Below, in pieces: positions 62,021-64,000 of a DNA stretch of 64,000 bases. The notes under the pieces were generated by a model. The model was not told the DNA's origin. It worked only from the letters and a program-made list of their open reading frames with translations, and did not search any database. The DNA comes from Gammaproteobacteria bacterium (lineage in GTDB: Bacteria; Pseudomonadota; Gammaproteobacteria; Eutrophobiales; Eutrophobiaceae). The DNA lies in assembly GCA_965221695.1 (NCBI GenBank), contig OZ244905.1:1216001-1280000 (forward strand), in the 5' to 3' direction. The position numbers and the translations under genes are program-made. Position 1 is the first letter of the stretch. Each line of letters starts with the position of its first letter.

Positions 62021-62707
62021 CTAGCCGACTTCGTCAACCGCGATGCCGGGACCCATGGTGGTTGAAAGACTGATTTTCTTCAGATATACACCCTTGGAAG
62101 CGCTTGGTTTCGCCTTTTTCAGATCCGCCAGCAGGGCATCCAGATTTTCCTTCAACGCCTCTGTGGCGAACGATGTCTTGCCAATTCCGCAATGGATAAT
62201 ACCGTTTTTATCTGTGCGGTAACGTACCTGACCCGCTTTGGCATTGCGCACCGCATGACCGATATCCTTGGTCACCGTGCCCACTTTCGGGTTGGGCATT
62301 AAACCCCGGGGACCGAGGATTTTGCCCAGCTTGCCGACTACCGGCATGGCATCCGGCGCGGCAATCACAACATTGAAGTCCATCAACCCACCCTGTACCT
62401 GCTCTGCCAGGTCCTGCAGACCGATGTATTCGGCGCCGGCGGCCTGGGCCTGGTCCGCCTGTTCTCCCTGGGCAAATACGGCCACTTTAACGACTTTGCC
62501 CGTACCTTGCGGCAGAACGGTCGAGCCCCTGACGATTTGGTCAGATTTTCTAGGGTCCACACCGAGGTTGACAGCCACCTCAACCGTCTCGTCAAACTTT
62601 GCATTTGCGTTCTCCTTGAGCAGGTTGAGAGCCTCCATCGCTGCATAGGATTTCCCGGTGTCGATTTTTTCCCTGGCCTCACGCGTACGTTTCGATAATC
62701 TTGCCAT
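62021..62707 (-). CDS. rplA: 50S ribosomal protein L1
   Basis: [28 protein letters not shown]; start placed at MARLSK. Confidence 0.98.
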   Translation of the reverse strand: MARLSKRTREAREKIDTGKSYAAMEALNLLKENANAKFDETVEVAVNLGVDPRKSDQIVRGSTVLPQGTGKVVKVAVFAQGEQADQAQAAGAEYIGLQDLAEQVQGGLMDFNVVIAAPDAMPVVGKLGKILGPRGLMPNPKVGTVTKDIGHAVRNAKAGQVRYRTDKNGIIHCGIGKTSFATEALKENLDALLADLKKAKPSASKGVYLKKISLSTTMGPGIAVDEVG

Positions 62708-62708
62708 A

Positions 62709-63155
62709 TCAGGCCACCTCGGTCTCAATACCCATGCTTCTCGCGGTGCCGGCAATGGTAAGCACAGCCGCGTCCAAGCCGCCCGCGGTCAGATCAGGCT
62801 GCTTGGCTTTGGCAATTTCCTCCAGTTGCGCGCGCGTCACCTTGCCGACCTTTTCCTTATTGGGCTCGCCACTACCGCCTTCAATGCCCGCGGCCTTTTT
62901 CAGCAAGTAGGAAGCCGGAGGCGTTTTCGTTACAAAAGAGAAACTCTTGTCCGTATACACGCTGATAATCGTCGGCACCGGCAAGCCTTCCTCCATATTC
63001 TGGGTCTGCGCATTGAATGCTTTGCAGAACTCCATGATATTCAAGCCATGCTGGCCCAGAGCCGGACCAACCGGCGGACTCGGGTTTGCCTGCCCCGCCT
63101 GCACCTGCAACTTGATATAAGCGCTGATTTTCTTTGAACCGGTTTTTTTTGCCAC
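62709..63155 (-). CDS. rplK: 50S ribosomal protein L11
   Basis: [22 protein letters not shown]. Confidence 0.98.
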   Translation of the reverse strand: MAKKTGSKKISAYIKLQVQAGQANPSPPVGPALGQHGLNIMEFCKAFNAQTQNMEEGLPVPTIISVYTDKSFSFVTKTPPASYLLKKAAGIEGGSGEPNKEKVGKVTRAQLEEIAKAKQPDLTAGGLDAAVLTIAGTARSMGIETEVA

Positions 63156-63191
63156 TGTCTTACTCCCGCATATCGCGCAGCGATATTGCCT

Positions 63192-63725
63192 CTACTCTTT
63201 TTCCACTTGGGTGAACTCAAGCTCTACCGGCGTTGAGCGCCCGAAGATCAATACGGAAACCACCAATCGACTCTTTTCATAATTCACTTCTTCCACCACA
63301 CCGTTAAAATCCGTAAACGGCCCATCGTTGACCCGCACCACTTCGCCCGGCTCGAACAATACCTTTGGCCTGGGTTTGTCCGCTCCGTCCTCGACCCGCT
63401 GCAGGATGGAATTCGCCTCAGCAGTGGAGATAGGCGCCGGATTGCCCGTTGTCCCGCCGATAAAGCCCAGCACCCGGGGCGCTTCCTTGACCAGATGCCA
63501 GGTCGCATCGTTCATTTCCATCTGCACCAGCACATAGCCGGGGAAAAACTTGCGATCACTCTTGCGCTTCTTGCCGTCCCGCATTTCCACGACTTCCTCG
63601 GTAGGCACCAGTATCTCGCCGAACTGTTCCTTGAGTTCGCTTCGTTCAATACGCTCCATGAGCGAACGCATCACATTCTGTTCATGGCCGGAATAAGCCT
63701 GCACCACATACCATTTAAGCGCCAC
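63192..63725 (-). CDS. nusG: Transcription termination/antitermination factor NusG
   Basis: [27 protein letters not shown]. Confidence 0.98.
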   Translation of the reverse strand: MALKWYVVQAYSGHEQNVMRSLMERIERSELKEQFGEILVPTEEVVEMRDGKKRKSDRKFFPGYVLVQMEMNDATWHLVKEAPRVLGFIGGTTGNPAPISTAEANSILQRVEDGADKPRPKVLFEPGEVVRVNDGPFTDFNGVVEEVNYEKSRLVVSVLIFGRSTPVELEFTQVEKE

Positions 63726-63729
63726 CGAC

Positions 63730-64000
63730 CTACCCTCCCGGACCGCCGATCAATGACCTGATTGCCCAACCCAGTACCGAGTCCAACGCCCATAGTATGA
63801 GGGCGGCCAGGATAACCACTCCAATGACAAGCAGCGTCGTCTGTAGCGTCTCCGGGCGGGTCGGCCAGACAACCTTGCGCACTTCGTGTTGGGCCTCCTG
63901 CAGGAAATTCCAGAGTTTTCTGCCAGGTTCCGTCTGCAAGCCAATCCAGGCGCCGACTCCTGTTGCCGCCAGCAATCCCACTACCCGCAACGGCGTTGAC
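63730..64000 (-). CDS. secE: Preprotein translocase SecE (5' end outside the window)
   Basis: [14 protein letters not shown] motif upstream of nusG. Confidence 0.95.
   Translation of the reverse strand, partial: STPLRVVGLLAATGVGAWIGLQTEPGRKLWNFLQEAQHEVRKVVWPTRPETLQTTLLVIGVVILAALILWALDSVLGWAIRSLIGGPGG

Noticed and set aside
62709-63155. Extra N-terminal residues of L11 ([13 protein letters not shown])
   Set aside because: A five-residue extension in a flexible terminus; no evidence of functional significance
9114-63944. Many long antisense or alternate-frame ORFs in the track (e.g. 9114-10250, 48404-49543, 56672-57577)
   Set aside because: They shadow well-supported genes, as expected from high GC and codon bias, and show no recognisable motifs

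Overview
Chromosomal window from a GC-rich Gammaproteobacterium. Left third (1-19.4 kb): C1/alcohol-aldehyde metabolism genes. These are the tail of a tetrahydromethanopterin/methanofuran-type cofactor cluster with a CbbQ/NorQ-like ATPase, pqqCDE behind a putative sigma54 promoter, folP, a tungsten aldehyde oxidoreductase (aorABC-moaD) operon, PQQ-catabolism accessory genes and a porin. Middle (19.5-34.7 kb): an integrase-free accessory region around tRNA-Thr(TGT) and tmRNA with HipBA-like and Phd/VapC toxin-antitoxin pairs, an AAA-DUF4143 ATPase, a Fic protein, several catabolic enzymes and a subtilase autotransporter. Right half (34.9-64 kb): the minus-strand secE-nusG-rplKAJL-rpoBC-str-S10-spc-alpha supercluster, lacking tuf after fusA and carrying a foreign 63-aa zinc-finger-like ORF between rplD and rplW. 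The most unusual signal is non-coding. A 151-bp IS5-like miniature inverted-repeat element with covarying hairpins, and a duplicated tRNA leader, both place consensus CsrA/RsmA-type NGGA-loop hairpins in the sense orientation of very abundant transcripts (tmRNA trailer, tRNA leader, rplQ 3' UTR). All calls come from reading the sequence only; no database searches were run.
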